Shown: positions 29,939 to 41,351, numbered from the stretch's first letter. The stretch: 64,000 bases of DNA from Chthonomonadales bacterium (GCA_037443035.1 JBBIPC010000001.1:288001-352000), one strand, 5' to 3'. Translations and numbers: made by a program. The notes: a model not told the origin generated them from the sequence alone.

Positions 29939-30910
29939 ATGATTCTCGTTACGGGTGGAGCGGGGTACATCGGCAGTCACTACGTGCTCTACGAAGTGGA
30001 TCGCGGAAGCGAAGTCGTGGTACTGGACAATCTCTCGCAGGGGCACCGTGAAGCCGTGGGGGGAGTCCAGCTCGTTGTAGGTGACATTGCCTCGCCGGAC
30101 ACACTCGATACCGTCTTCCAGTCGTTCACCATCGAGGCAGTCGTTCATTTCGCAGCTCTGGCGTCTGTACCCGAGTCCATGGCGCACCCAGAAAGGTACT
30201 ATCGGAACAACGTCGTGGCCGTAGTCGAGCTCTTGGAGGCAATGCGGCGGCATGGCGTCAAGTTCCTTGTCTTCTCGTCGTCGTGCGCAACGTACGGAGA
30301 CCCTGTGTACGTACCGATGGATGAACGACACCCACAACTGCCGGTCAGCCCCTATGGAGAGACGAAGCGAGTGTGCGAGAAGATGATGGAAGCTTACGAC
30401 CGTGCACACGGTATACGTTTTGCATCGCTTCGGTACTTCAACGCTTCAGGCGCGGACCCTGTCGGCCGTCTCGGTGAGAGCCATGATCCTGAGACGCACC
30501 TGATACCCATCATCCTGCAGGCCGCTTCTGGTAGGCGCAAGGATGTGACGATCTACGGCCGCGATTACGACACGCCAGATGGCACGTGTATTCGAGACTA
30601 CATCCACGTGACCGATCTGGCACAGGCGCATGCTCTTGCGCTCGACCGCTTGCGTTCCGGCGCGCAAAGCGATTGCTTCAATCTTGGTTCGGAAACAGGG
30701 CATTCGGTGCTGGAAGTCGTGGAGATGTGCAGGCGAGTGACTGGCAGACCCATTCCCACGGTGGACGGACCACGACGCCCTGGTGATCCGCCGCGTCTTG
30801 TGGCGTCTGCCAAACGGGCCAAGTCCGAGCTGTCGTGGAGTCCGCGCTACGCGGATCTCGAGACCATTGTGATGACGGCGTGGGCGTGGGAGACGAACCG
30901 GAGATTCTAG
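29939..30910 (+). CDS. galE: UDP-glucose 4-epimerase
   Basis: GGAGYIGSH, FSSSCATYG, YGETK, LRYFNA, DGTCIRDYIHV. Confidence 0.95.
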   Translation: MILVTGGAGYIGSHYVLYEVDRGSEVVVLDNLSQGHREAVGGVQLVVGDIASPDTLDTVFQSFTIEAVVHFAALASVPESMAHPERYYRNNVVAVVELLEAMRRHGVKFLVFSSSCATYGDPVYVPMDERHPQLPVSPYGETKRVCEKMMEAYDRAHGIRFASLRYFNASGADPVGRLGESHDPETHLIPIILQAASGRRKDVTIYGRDYDTPDGTCIRDYIHVTDLAQAHALALDRLRSGAQSDCFNLGSETGHSVLEVVEMCRRVTGRPIPTVDGPRRPGDPPRLVASAKRAKSELSWSPRYADLETIVMTAWAWETNRRF

Positions 30911-31372
30911 ATGCAGACGAGGGAGAGTTGCATACCAGGCGTTATCCTGCGGCCACTCGTGCGTCACTCTGATCATCGCGGTTGGCTGGTGGAGCTGATT
31001 CGCGAGGACGAGCTGCCTGGCAGTATCGTGCCAAGAATGGCCTACGTTTCCCTCACGCTTCCTGGAGTGGCGCGAGGTCCCCACGAGCATGTACACCAAA
31101 CCGACGTGTTCTGCTTTCTCTCGGGTAAGTTCCTGCTCAAACTCTGGGAGCGCCGCGAGGGCTACCCCCAGGTGGAGGAGAGTCATGTCGTTGGGGAGCA
31201 GAACCCCCTCCTCGTGGTCGTTCCACCGGGAGTCGTGCATGGGTATCGCAATATCGGTACCACGGACGCCCTAGTTCTGAACTTCCCTAATCGTCTATAC
31301 GCAGGCTGGATGAGATCGGAACCAGTGGACGAGATTCGTCATGAAGACACTGGATCGGAGTACGAACTGTGA
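30911..31372 (+). CDS. rfbC: dTDP-4-dehydrorhamnose 3,5-epimerase family cupin
   Basis: HSDHRGWLVE, PGVARGPHEH, VPPGVVHGY; context next to rfbB. Confidence 0.8.
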   Translation: MQTRESCIPGVILRPLVRHSDHRGWLVELIREDELPGSIVPRMAYVSLTLPGVARGPHEHVHQTDVFCFLSGKFLLKLWERREGYPQVEESHVVGEQNPLLVVVPPGVVHGYRNIGTTDALVLNFPNRLYAGWMRSEPVDEIRHEDTGSEYEL

Positions 31373-32403
31373 GCCGCACCGTGCTCGTTACAGGAGGCGC
31401 TGGCTTCATAGGCTGCAACTTCGTCCGATACTGGCTACGGGAGCATCCTTCTGACAGGGTTGTGGTCCTCGATGCTCTCACCTACGCTGGCAACCTGGCG
31501 AACCTGCGGGAGGTATGGGACGACCAGCGGTTCCGCTTCTACCCGGGTCGCATCGAGGATCCGACCGTCGTCAACGGCATCTTCCGCTGCGAACACATTG
31601 ACCACGTCGTGAACTTCGCTGCGGAATCCCACAACGACCGTAGCATGATGGATCCGACGAGCCTCATTGCCGCAAACGTGACCGGTGTGGGGGTTCTGTT
31701 GCGTGCAGCGTCACACTATGGAGTAGAACGCTTCCTCCATGTCTCCACCGATGAGGTGTACGGGCAAATCAGTGATGGTGTCTTCAGAGAAGAAGATCCC
31801 CTCTTGCCGCGCACGCCTTACTCAGCGGGCAAAGCCGGAGGCGAGCTGCAGGTGCGCGCGCATACCATCGCGTTCGGTACACCGACGGTTGTCACACGAG
31901 GCAGCAATACCTTCGGTCCTTACCAATACCCAGAGAAGCTTCTCCCGTTCTTCATCACGCGAGCCCTGCAGGATAAGCCTCTGCCGCTTTATGGGACGGG
32001 CCAGCAGGTACGCGATTGGCTTTTCGTGGAGGATCATTGCGCGGGGATCGCGACGGTGCTGCTTCGTGGGGAGCCAGGAGCCATCTACAACGTCGGTGGG
32101 GGTAACGAAAGGACCAACGCAGAAATCACCAGGGCCCTCTTGGCGTTGCTGGGTAAACCGGACAGCCTGGTGCGCTGTATTCCTGACCCGCGTGGTGCCG
32201 CTCACGATGTTCGCTATGCGCTGGACTGTAGTCGTGCTCATGCACTGGGCTGGAGGCCACGCTACAGTATGGAGGAGGCGCTGGAAACGACTGTCCGCTG
32301 GTATGTGGAGAATCGCTCGTGGTGGGAGCCCATCGTCAACTCATCGGAATACGTAGAGTTCGTGCGACGTTACTACGGCACAGCGCTTGGATCCGAGCTG
32401 TGA
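31369..32403 (+). CDS. rfbB: dTDP-glucose 4,6-dehydratase
   Basis: GGAGFIG, LTYAGN, FAAESH.DRS, STDEVYG, YSAGK, QYPEKL. Confidence 0.94.
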   Translation: MSRTVLVTGGAGFIGCNFVRYWLREHPSDRVVVLDALTYAGNLANLREVWDDQRFRFYPGRIEDPTVVNGIFRCEHIDHVVNFAAESHNDRSMMDPTSLIAANVTGVGVLLRAASHYGVERFLHVSTDEVYGQISDGVFREEDPLLPRTPYSAGKAGGELQVRAHTIAFGTPTVVTRGSNTFGPYQYPEKLLPFFITRALQDKPLPLYGTGQQVRDWLFVEDHCAGIATVLLRGEPGAIYNVGGGNERTNAEITRALLALLGKPDSLVRCIPDPRGAAHDVRYALDCSRAHALGWRPRYSMEEALETTVRWYVENRSWWEPIVNSSEYVEFVRRYYGTALGSEL

Positions 32404-32415
32404 CAGGTAGCAGCC

Positions 32416-32904
32416 GTGGGTAAGATAGTAGTGCGAGCCAACCTCGCTCGCGAGCTGGCGCCGCATCGCCGAGCAGGGCGGTGCGTCGTCTTCACGAACG
32501 GCTGCTTCGACTTGTTGCACATCGGGCACGCCAGGTATCTGGCCGAAGCCCGCTCCTACGGAGACATTCTCGTCGTTGGCGTCAACTCGGATTCATCGGT
32601 AAGAGCGCTGAAAGGACCTCGGAGGCCCCTCATACCCGAGGCCGAGCGGGCCGAGATGCTGTCGCACCTCGCCGCGGTGGACTATGTCACGCTCTTCGAC
32701 GAGCTTACGGCCGACCGCCTCATCGAAGAGGTTGCGCCGCAGATCTACGTCAAGGGCGGCGACATAGACCCGGATCGCGTGCCAGAGGCGCCTACCGTCC
32801 GGAACCTCGGTGGCCGGGTCATCATCGCCCAACATGTAGATGAGCATTCGACGTCCGACATCATCGCGAAAGTCCTACGTGCCTATGACTCCCTCGGTGA
32901 GTGA
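32416..32904 (+). CDS. rfaE2: D-glycero-D-manno-heptose 1-phosphate adenylyltransferase-like (RfaE domain II/HldC)
   Basis: FTNGCFDLLHIGH, VGVNSDSSV..LKG..RP, VKGGD, STSDII. Confidence 0.85.
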   Translation: MGKIVVRANLARELAPHRRAGRCVVFTNGCFDLLHIGHARYLAEARSYGDILVVGVNSDSSVRALKGPRRPLIPEAERAEMLSHLAAVDYVTLFDELTADRLIEEVAPQIYVKGGDIDPDRVPEAPTVRNLGGRVIIAQHVDEHSTSDIIAKVLRAYDSLGE

Positions 32905-33799
32905 AAGGGACGTGATCGGCGAGACGAGCGGTCTCCTCGGGACGCTATCAGCGATCATGGAGGCCGCCCGACCCCGGCAGTGGACGAAGAATCTCTTCGT
33001 GTTCGCCGGCATGGTCTTCACGGATAACTGGCGACTCCTGCCCATCGCCTGCACGACCTTTGCCGCGTACTGCCTGATGTCATCCGGCGTGTACATCTTG
33101 AACGACGTGCGGGACCGTAATCAGGACGCTTTACATCCGGACAAGCGCAACCGTCCCATCCCTCGTGGCGACCTGAGTGTCCCGACCGCTGCTCTAGCAG
33201 GCTGCATTCTGTGCCTGGGTGGTCTCGGCAGTGCTGCCATCCTGGGGCTTCCATCAGCGGGGATCGCCGCAGGCTTTCTGGCTCTTCAAGCTGCCTACAC
33301 GCTAGTGTTGAAGCATCTGGTACTTCTCGACGTCTTCGCCATTGCGTCGGCCTTTGTCATACGGGTAGTGGCCGGAGCTGTCGCCATCGAAGTGCCCGCG
33401 TCCGTTTGGCTTCTCGTCTGCACGCTTCAGCTCGCCCTCTTCCTCGGCTTTGGCAAGAGAAGGCACGAGCTGCTCTGCATGGGGGAAAGGGCTGGAGAGC
33501 ACCGGGAGACCTTGGACCATTACAGCGTTGCATTTCTCGATCAGCTCATCTCTATCGTTCTGGGCGCCCTCATTGTATCGTACGCCGTCTACTCAGCCTC
33601 GTCTCCCACGGCAACATCGCATCCGGGCATGGTGGCGACACTGCCCTTCGTCATCTACGGCATTTTCCGCTACCTGTACCTCATTCACATCAAGCATATG
33701 GGAGGTAGCCCTGAGACGATGCTGCTCCAGGATAGACCCCTCCAGGCCACCCTAGTTCTCTGGATCGTCGTCGTGGTCGCGGCCTTCAGGATCCGGTAG
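32885..33799 (+). CDS. UbiA-family decaprenyl-phosphate phosphoribosyltransferase-like protein
   Basis: RPRQWTKN, YILND..D...D..HP.K..RP, LKH..LLDVF, GKRRHEL. Confidence 0.85.
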   Translation: MTPSVSERDVIGETSGLLGTLSAIMEAARPRQWTKNLFVFAGMVFTDNWRLLPIACTTFAAYCLMSSGVYILNDVRDRNQDALHPDKRNRPIPRGDLSVPTAALAGCILCLGGLGSAAILGLPSAGIAAGFLALQAAYTLVLKHLVLLDVFAIASAFVIRVVAGAVAIEVPASVWLLVCTLQLALFLGFGKRRHELLCMGERAGEHRETLDHYSVAFLDQLISIVLGALIVSYAVYSASSPTATSHPGMVATLPFVIYGIFRYLYLIHIKHMGGSPETMLLQDRPLQATLVLWIVVVVAAFRIR

Positions 33800-33808
33800 G
33801 AGGTAGCG

Positions 33809-34690
33809 ATGCGTGTGCTCGTCACAGGCGCGGCCGGTATGCTTGGAACGGACATACTGGCAACTGCACCGAACGACGTGTCGGACATACTCGGCGCCGA
33901 CCTCCGAGACAGTGACGTTCATCTGGACATCACCCAGCCTGCAGAGGTGTATGCTACTCTCGAACGGCTCCGTCCCGGCCTCGTGTTGCACTGCGCTGCG
34001 TACACGAACGTAGATCACGCTGAAGCAGATCCGGATACCGCGTACAAAGTGAACGCCCTCGGAAGCTGGGCGCTGGCCACTGCGTGCGCGCGAGTCGGTG
34101 CAGCCCTATGCTACGTGAGTACGGATTACGTTTTCGATGGCTGCCAGCGACGCCCCTATCACGAGTTCGACGTTCCCCGTCCATTGAACGTCTATGGCGC
34201 CACGAAGCTCGCAGGCGAGCACGCTGTCCGCTCGCACTGTCCGCAGCACTGGATCGTCAGGACAGCCTGGCTTTATGGTCTGCACGGTAGGTCTTTCGTC
34301 CGAACGGTACTCGAGCGTGCTGCAAAGGCCCAGCCGCTGCGTGTCGTAGCCGATCAGATCGGCAGTCCCACATTCACCCGCGACCTGGCAGAGGCCATCT
34401 GGCAGATAGTGCGCGAAGCGCCCTACGGCGTGTATCACCGTGTGAACAGCGGCTTCGCGTCGTGGTACGAGCTTGCCCTCGCAGCCGTGCGTCTCGCTGG
34501 GCTGGATGACCGACTCGTGTCGCCCATCGCGGCCTCTGAGTGGCCGTCACCTGTCGTACGCCCCTCCTACTCCGTGCTCACAAGTCTCAGCGCGCCGTCG
34601 GTCGCGCTGACGCAGCTTCGACCTTGGCAGGAAGCACTTGCCTGTTTCGTCATGGAAGGTGCCGGCTCACACGGCGAACAGCGGCAGTGA
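33809..34690 (+). CDS. rfbD: dTDP-4-dehydrorhamnose reductase
   Basis: GAAGMLG, AAYTNVD.AE, STDYVFDG, YGATK, DQIGSPT. Confidence 0.93.
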   Translation: MRVLVTGAAGMLGTDILATAPNDVSDILGADLRDSDVHLDITQPAEVYATLERLRPGLVLHCAAYTNVDHAEADPDTAYKVNALGSWALATACARVGAALCYVSTDYVFDGCQRRPYHEFDVPRPLNVYGATKLAGEHAVRSHCPQHWIVRTAWLYGLHGRSFVRTVLERAAKAQPLRVVADQIGSPTFTRDLAEAIWQIVREAPYGVYHRVNSGFASWYELALAAVRLAGLDDRLVSPIAASEWPSPVVRPSYSVLTSLSAPSVALTQLRPWQEALACFVMEGAGSHGEQRQ

Positions 34691-36435
34691 CGATCCGCAC
34701 CGGCTACTGGCATCTGGCGTACTGCGTCGCTGCGGCCATGGGACTCGGCTCGATCTCAGGTGCATCACCAGCCGATCGGTCGCCGTCGTTCGCAAGAGCG
34801 CTGTACTACTACACAGGCCTGCAGGGTCGTGTCCTCTGGGTTGACGCCACTGCGAACCTGGACCGCGTCACGACACGGGAGGGTGTGGCCGACATAGTCG
34901 CTCGCGCAAAGAACGCGAAGCTCACAACCATCGTCGTGGACGTGAAACCCATCAGCGGACAGGTGCTCTACCCAAGCAGTGTCGCGCCGCGTCTATCAGA
35001 GTGGAAGGGCAAGACCGTTCCCGATTTCGATGTCTTGCAGGCATTCCTCGACGAGGGTCGGAAAGCAGGTCTGGAGGTAGCTGCTTCGGTCAATGTGTTT
35101 TCCGAGGGGCACAAGATGCACGGTCAGGGTCTGGCCTACGCGCGTCCCGAGTGGCAGTCGGTCGTCCTCTCCATCCGCCGAACGCTTCGAGCTCCGAACG
35201 GATCGGAGCTGCGCATACGGTCGTCCGATGATCCGGAAGAGGATGGCGTTCCGACGGTCCAAGGAGCTGATTATGTCGTCTGGCCGGCTAGTACGCCCGA
35301 GCGTTCCCTGGCAGTCGTGTTAGAGCACGATGGACGCGTCTCCGGTATGATCGATCCGGCCCTCTTGGGAGACGAGCCCCTCATGGCTTCGGAGGACGGC
35401 CGCCTGTTGGTACTGCAAGACGCGGCCCGCGAATGGGCTTGTACCAACCTGCGGGCTGGCGACCGCTCCACTTTTCAGGCCGAGGGGAAGCTGCTTCCCA
35501 TCGTCGATGCCCCAAGCGAGCGTGTCAGCGCCTTCACGAATCCTCTCCATCCGAGAGCACGTAAGCATGCCATAGAGATCATTCGGGAGATTGCCGAGCG
35601 GTATCCTGTGGATGGCATCGTTCTCGATCGCATGCGCTATGCCTCGATCTATGCCGACTTCTCACCGATGACACGCGCTGCGTTCGAACAGTGGCTAGGT
35701 CGGTCGGTATCGCGCTGGCCGCAGGATGTGCTGGACGTGAACCCCATTCCCGGTGAACCTGTCAGACCGGGGCCGTACTTCCGCCAGTGGCTCGAGTTTC
35801 GAGCACGCGTCATCAGCGAGTTCCTTCGAGAGGTACGTCAGGCGGTGAAGCAAGTGCGTCCCGAAGTGCGTATCGCAGCTTACGTTGGATCGTGGTTCAC
35901 TACCTACTACGGGGTCGGGGTAAACTGGGCAAGTGAGCGCTTTCCAGTGTCGCAACCGTGGGCGACAGCGTCCTATTCGGAAACAGGCTATGCCGAACAG
36001 CTCGACTGGCTCACCACAGGATGCTACTATGCGGTTCCGACCCGCGAACGTGCTCGGGCCCTGGGGGCCAGTGAAGGCGCCACTGTAGAGACGGCTGCCG
36101 TCGTTTCCACAAGGGTGACCGCCAACGCGGTACCAGTCTATGCTGGGCTGTATGCTCTGAACTATGAGGGTCGGCCAGACGAGTTCTCCGCCGCCATGGA
36201 CGTCGCAGTCAAGCGTTCGGGTGGCGTCATGCTCTTTGACTGCTCGCATATCTACAGATATGGCTGGTGGCCGCTCGTATCGGCCGCATTCCAACGGCCA
36301 GCCTTCTCACCTCACGCATGCCCAGGTCTTCTGGCGCAGATACGGTCGGTACAAGATGCAGTGGTCTCGACAGGCGCGGTCGACGGGGTGGTTGGTACTC
36401 TTCCTGCTGTTCCCTACCAGCCTGGCGGCGGCTAG
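34687..36435 (+). CDS. Secreted glycosyl hydrolase-like 10 (GHL10/YddW/DUF187) protein
   Basis: Signal-like N-terminus; VVDVKP..G.VLYPS, D.L..F..EGRKAGL, NP.HP, YPVDGIVLDRMRY. Confidence 0.75.
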   Translation: MTIRTGYWHLAYCVAAAMGLGSISGASPADRSPSFARALYYYTGLQGRVLWVDATANLDRVTTREGVADIVARAKNAKLTTIVVDVKPISGQVLYPSSVAPRLSEWKGKTVPDFDVLQAFLDEGRKAGLEVAASVNVFSEGHKMHGQGLAYARPEWQSVVLSIRRTLRAPNGSELRIRSSDDPEEDGVPTVQGADYVVWPASTPERSLAVVLEHDGRVSGMIDPALLGDEPLMASEDGRLLVLQDAAREWACTNLRAGDRSTFQAEGKLLPIVDAPSERVSAFTNPLHPRARKHAIEIIREIAERYPVDGIVLDRMRYASIYADFSPMTRAAFEQWLGRSVSRWPQDVLDVNPIPGEPVRPGPYFRQWLEFRARVISEFLREVRQAVKQVRPEVRIAAYVGSWFTTYYGVGVNWASERFPVSQPWATASYSETGYAEQLDWLTTGCYYAVPTRERARALGASEGATVETAAVVSTRVTANAVPVYAGLYALNYEGRPDEFSAAMDVAVKRSGGVMLFDCSHIYRYGWWPLVSAAFQRPAFSPHACPGLLAQIRSVQDAVVSTGAVDGVVGTLPAVPYQPGGG

Positions 36436-37240
36436 GGCGCTCCCCCTACCCAGCCTGGCGTTGGGATCCGCTGCCACCGATACGATTCAGCTACGGATTC
36501 GTATATCGAACACCAGCCTCGGAGCCGTCCAGGTCAGCGCTGCCAATGAAAGCGCATGGCAGCTCGTAGCCCGCGTCGTCCAGCCTGCGATAGAGGTAGC
36601 CACCAGCAGCGGTGACCTTAGCCAGGGAGTGAAGCAGACGTCCGCGGACTGCATGCAGGTGGTTCTCCGTAAGGGCGCAGCCATACGCGTCCTTCCGGCG
36701 AAGGCAGGTCCCACACCCCGAGATGTCCTTTCCATTGGCCCGCCGAGCGCCATGGCGCTGCTCGATGCCCTGTGTAGGCTAGGACCTGTCGAGGTCGCTC
36801 TGGAGGTAGGGGGCCAGTTGCTACCTGTCCATGATGGGTTCGCACCGTCGGACGGCGACGTCCTGGTCATCCGCGTGGCCGTGGCACAAACCGAGGTTCC
36901 GCAGGCGAAGTCCCTCATCGCTGAGGCCGGACGGCGGTATGCTGAATTAGCGTTGGAGCGAACCCGTCAGTCCGCCCAGAAACCTGTGTCGGGATACCTG
37001 ACTGTAATAGCCAGGTCATCGGCTGAGCCACACGGCGGCCCTGTCGTGTTCCTTCTAGATGGATCGCCAGTCGCCATCGTCAACCGAACACCGTACACAG
37101 TTCGCTGGGATACACGGGACTGGACGGACGGCGAGCATCTGATCGAAGCGCGTGCGCTGAACTCGTTCGGCACCGTCGTGTCTATGATGAAGAAGCTCGT
37201 CTACGTGCAGAACGGTGCCGGTGATGGCCGAGCACGGTAA
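36356..37240 (+). CDS. Secreted hypothetical protein with C-terminal Ig-like domain
   Basis: Signal peptide GWLVLFLLFPTSLAAA; C-terminal VFLLDG...PYTVRWDT..W.DGEH.IEARA; start uncertain. Confidence 0.6.
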   Translation: MQWSRQARSTGWLVLFLLFPTSLAAARALPLPSLALGSAATDTIQLRIRISNTSLGAVQVSAANESAWQLVARVVQPAIEVATSSGDLSQGVKQTSADCMQVVLRKGAAIRVLPAKAGPTPRDVLSIGPPSAMALLDALCRLGPVEVALEVGGQLLPVHDGFAPSDGDVLVIRVAVAQTEVPQAKSLIAEAGRRYAELALERTRQSAQKPVSGYLTVIARSSAEPHGGPVVFLLDGSPVAIVNRTPYTVRWDTRDWTDGEHLIEARALNSFGTVVSMMKKLVYVQNGAGDGRAR

Positions 37241-39209
37241 GGCTCGTCTGCCGAGCTTGGAAGACCTGCTGGGACCAGGAGGTCGGCTTCAGAACCTCCT
37301 GGCAACATACGAGCACCGTCCTCAGCAGATCGAGGCGGCGGAAGCGATATCGGCCGCCATCGCGAGCCAGACGCACTGCATCGTGGAAGCGGGCACCGGT
37401 GTAGGCAAGACCCTGGCCTATCTCATACCGGCCGCATATGCGATCGCGGCTGGCAAGAAGGCCGTGATCTCCACCTACACCGTGAACCTGCAGGGGCAGC
37501 TCATCGAGAAAGACATACCCCTTCTCGAGACGCTCCTTCCAGAAGTGCCCATACGCGCGTGCCTTCTCAAAGGAAAAGGCCGTTACCTGTGCAAGCAGGA
37601 CATGGACGTCGCCTGCAGCGACCTCTTCCATACCATGGACCCACAGTTCGAGAAGGTGCGCGACTGGGCGTCACGCACAGAAACAGGAGACTGCTCGGAA
37701 CTCCCATTCGTTTACACACGTTGGCACGAGATTGCTGCCAATCAGGACACGTGCCGGGTCCGCGAGTGTAGGTATTACGACACATGCCACTACTACCGTG
37801 CACGTCGCATCGCGCAGACATCCAATCTGATCGTCGTGAACCATGCGCTCCTCATGACCGACCTCGTGACGCGGGAAACCTCAGACGATGGATCTGGACT
37901 GCTTCCGGCATACGACATTCTGATCCTCGACGAGGCCCATCATCTAGAGGAGGCAGCGACTTCCGCGCTGAGCATTTCTCTGGGGAGCTGGGAACTACCG
38001 GCGTTCTCCGACCGCCTGAGGCGCATGCGCGTGCTGGCGGAGCTGGAGACAGCTCTCGACGGACTAGAGAGATTGCACAACAACCTTTTCGAACTACCCT
38101 ATCGCTACAAGCGCGATCTGACGCTCGAGGATGCGTTGGAGCCTGAAGAGGTCTCTGCCATGAGGAGCGCTGCTTCGTCCATCCAAGCTCTGCTTGCTCA
38201 GGTGGATGCGGCGATATCCTCGAAGCTGCCCGATGCGGAGGACCGGGAGAAGGAGCGACTCGAGGGATTCCAGCAGACTGCGCGCCGCCTGGCCGAAGCC
38301 GTCATACGGGTGCTCTCCGACCAACCGGGTCGCCTGCTGTGGTGTGAAGTCCAGGGTAGTCAACGCGCCCGTGGCCGGCGACAGGAGTCGGAGCCGACCG
38401 CCATTCTCCACAGCACTCCCATCGAACTAGGCACGCTGCTGGCCGAGACACTATGGTCGCGGACACGGTGCGCTATCCTCACGTCGGCTACCCTCGCGAC
38501 GTCCGACGGTTTCGCCTATCTTGAGCAGCGCCTCGGCCTTTGCACCCAGGCCAGCGAACACGTCATAGGCTCACCGTTTGATTTCAGCACCCAGGCTCTT
38601 CTCTACGTCCCTGCGCATCTACCCCCTCCCCCAACGCAGTTGGACGACGGCTATCTGGATGGCATTACCGAGGAGATACGCAACATACTCCGGCTCACAC
38701 AAGGCAGGGCGTTCCTCCTCTTCACGTCACGGGCGGCGCTCCAGGGCGTGTACGCTCGTCTGAGGGATACTGTCGAGTTCCCTCTGTTTCGACAGGGCGA
38801 CATGCCTCCGCAGAAGCTACTAGACGCATACCGCCGGAGTGGCAACGGTGTGCTTCTCGGCAACCAGACGTTCTGGGAAGGCGTGGACGTGCAAGGAGAA
38901 ATCCTGAGTGCGGTCGTTATTGACCGTATCCCGTTCGCAGTACCGGATTCGCCGATTACCAAGGCAAGAGCGGACGCCATCGCGGCTCGTGGCGGCGATC
39001 CGTTCCGCGAGTTCAGTCTTCCGCAGGCGCAGATTCGCCTGAAACAGGGCTTCGGTCGTCTGATCCGTACCCGCACAGACCGTGGGATCGTGTGCGTCTT
39101 GGACAGTCGCCTCGTCAACAAGTCTTACGGGCGGTCGTTTCTCGACGCACTGCCGCCCGCTGCTCGGGCTAGCGTGTGGTCTCGAGTAGAACGCTTCTGG
39201 TACGCATGA
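37224..39209 (+). CDS. dinG: DinG-family Fe-S DNA helicase
   Basis: Q motif RPQQ, EAGTGVGKT, YLC..C..C..C Fe-S cysteines, DEAH, TSATL, FWEGVDV, QGFGRLIR. Confidence 0.9.
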   Translation: MAEHGKARLPSLEDLLGPGGRLQNLLATYEHRPQQIEAAEAISAAIASQTHCIVEAGTGVGKTLAYLIPAAYAIAAGKKAVISTYTVNLQGQLIEKDIPLLETLLPEVPIRACLLKGKGRYLCKQDMDVACSDLFHTMDPQFEKVRDWASRTETGDCSELPFVYTRWHEIAANQDTCRVRECRYYDTCHYYRARRIAQTSNLIVVNHALLMTDLVTRETSDDGSGLLPAYDILILDEAHHLEEAATSALSISLGSWELPAFSDRLRRMRVLAELETALDGLERLHNNLFELPYRYKRDLTLEDALEPEEVSAMRSAASSIQALLAQVDAAISSKLPDAEDREKERLEGFQQTARRLAEAVIRVLSDQPGRLLWCEVQGSQRARGRRQESEPTAILHSTPIELGTLLAETLWSRTRCAILTSATLATSDGFAYLEQRLGLCTQASEHVIGSPFDFSTQALLYVPAHLPPPPTQLDDGYLDGITEEIRNILRLTQGRAFLLFTSRAALQGVYARLRDTVEFPLFRQGDMPPQKLLDAYRRSGNGVLLGNQTFWEGVDVQGEILSAVVIDRIPFAVPDSPITKARADAIAARGGDPFREFSLPQAQIRLKQGFGRLIRTRTDRGIVCVLDSRLVNKSYGRSFLDALPPAARASVWSRVERFWYA

Positions 39210-39299
39210 CGTCGTCGCTCCCTTTGCTTCAGTGGTTGCCGCATGGTGTGTTCCGCATGCGAGTATGTAGGAAAAGCGCAACCAAGGAGACCGTGATCT

Positions 39300-39911
39300 A
39301 TGGAAGAGCCTGCCGCCACTGCATCGTCACCGTCACTGGCACCTCGCGAGGAATCCGAGAAGACCCGGCCGCCAGTAGCCGAGACCCCTCTTCGCCGTAT
39401 GCCGGAGGACGTCCGCAAGCATCTCATAAGGCTCCGCGAAGGTCAGCACTACCTTCCGGTTGCTGCACGCGTGCTATGGTTCCGCGACGAGCATCCCGAC
39501 TGGTCCCTCACCACAGAGATAGCCGAGGGTGGCTATGAGGCTGGCTGGGCCACGGTCAAGGCCACGGTTCGGAACGCCGAGGGCAGGATCATCTCCACTG
39601 GTATGAAGACCGAAAGCAAACAGGATTTTCCGGCAGGCTGGGTGGAGAAGGCCGAGACCGGTGCAATTGGGCGTGCACTAGCCATGGCAGGCTATGGTAC
39701 CCAGTTCGCCCCGGAACTCGACGACACTGGGACGCTTCCTCGTGAAGGGCGCCCTGCACCATCGCGAACCAGCCGGGCGTCTCTCGGCAAACAGAGCAGT
39801 GTTGCGGCCGCAGAAGTCTGGCGCGGACCTGGGCTATGCCCTGGCTGTAACGCGCCCGAAGGCCGACCTCATACGCGCCACTGCTCGATCGGTGCGAAGA
39901 AGCCCGGCTAG
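39300..39911 (+). CDS. Rad52/Sak-like single-strand annealing protein with C-terminal CxxC...HxxxC motif
   Basis: YLPVAARVLWFR..HP....T...ATVKATV...G..ISTG...VEKAETGAIGRAL..GYG pattern; AAGGAG SD. Confidence 0.6.
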   Translation: MEEPAATASSPSLAPREESEKTRPPVAETPLRRMPEDVRKHLIRLREGQHYLPVAARVLWFRDEHPDWSLTTEIAEGGYEAGWATVKATVRNAEGRIISTGMKTESKQDFPAGWVEKAETGAIGRALAMAGYGTQFAPELDDTGTLPREGRPAPSRTSRASLGKQSSVAAAEVWRGPGLCPGCNAPEGRPHTRHCSIGAKKPG

Positions 39912-39914
39912 CTG

Positions 39915-41207
<1,293 letters not shown>

Positions 41208-41276
41208 TCACTCTCCATAGACAACCAGTGGATAGCGCCAAGCTATCCACTCGCCACCGATGTCTTTGCTTTTCTC

Positions 41277-41306
41277 ATTATGCGGCCCAACGCTGCGCCC
41301 TGTCAA
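41277..41306 (-). promoter_or_regulatory. sigma70 promoter of purA
   Basis: TTGACA-N18-CATAAT. Confidence 0.6.
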
Positions 41307-41351
41307 TCCGCGATCAGGCCCCCGCCATGGCGAAGGTAGAATAGCTCCGCC

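Noticed and set aside
37224..39209. DinG as a type IV CRISPR CasDinG or defence helicase
   Set aside because: No cas genes or array nearby; ordinary chromosomal DinG motifs and context
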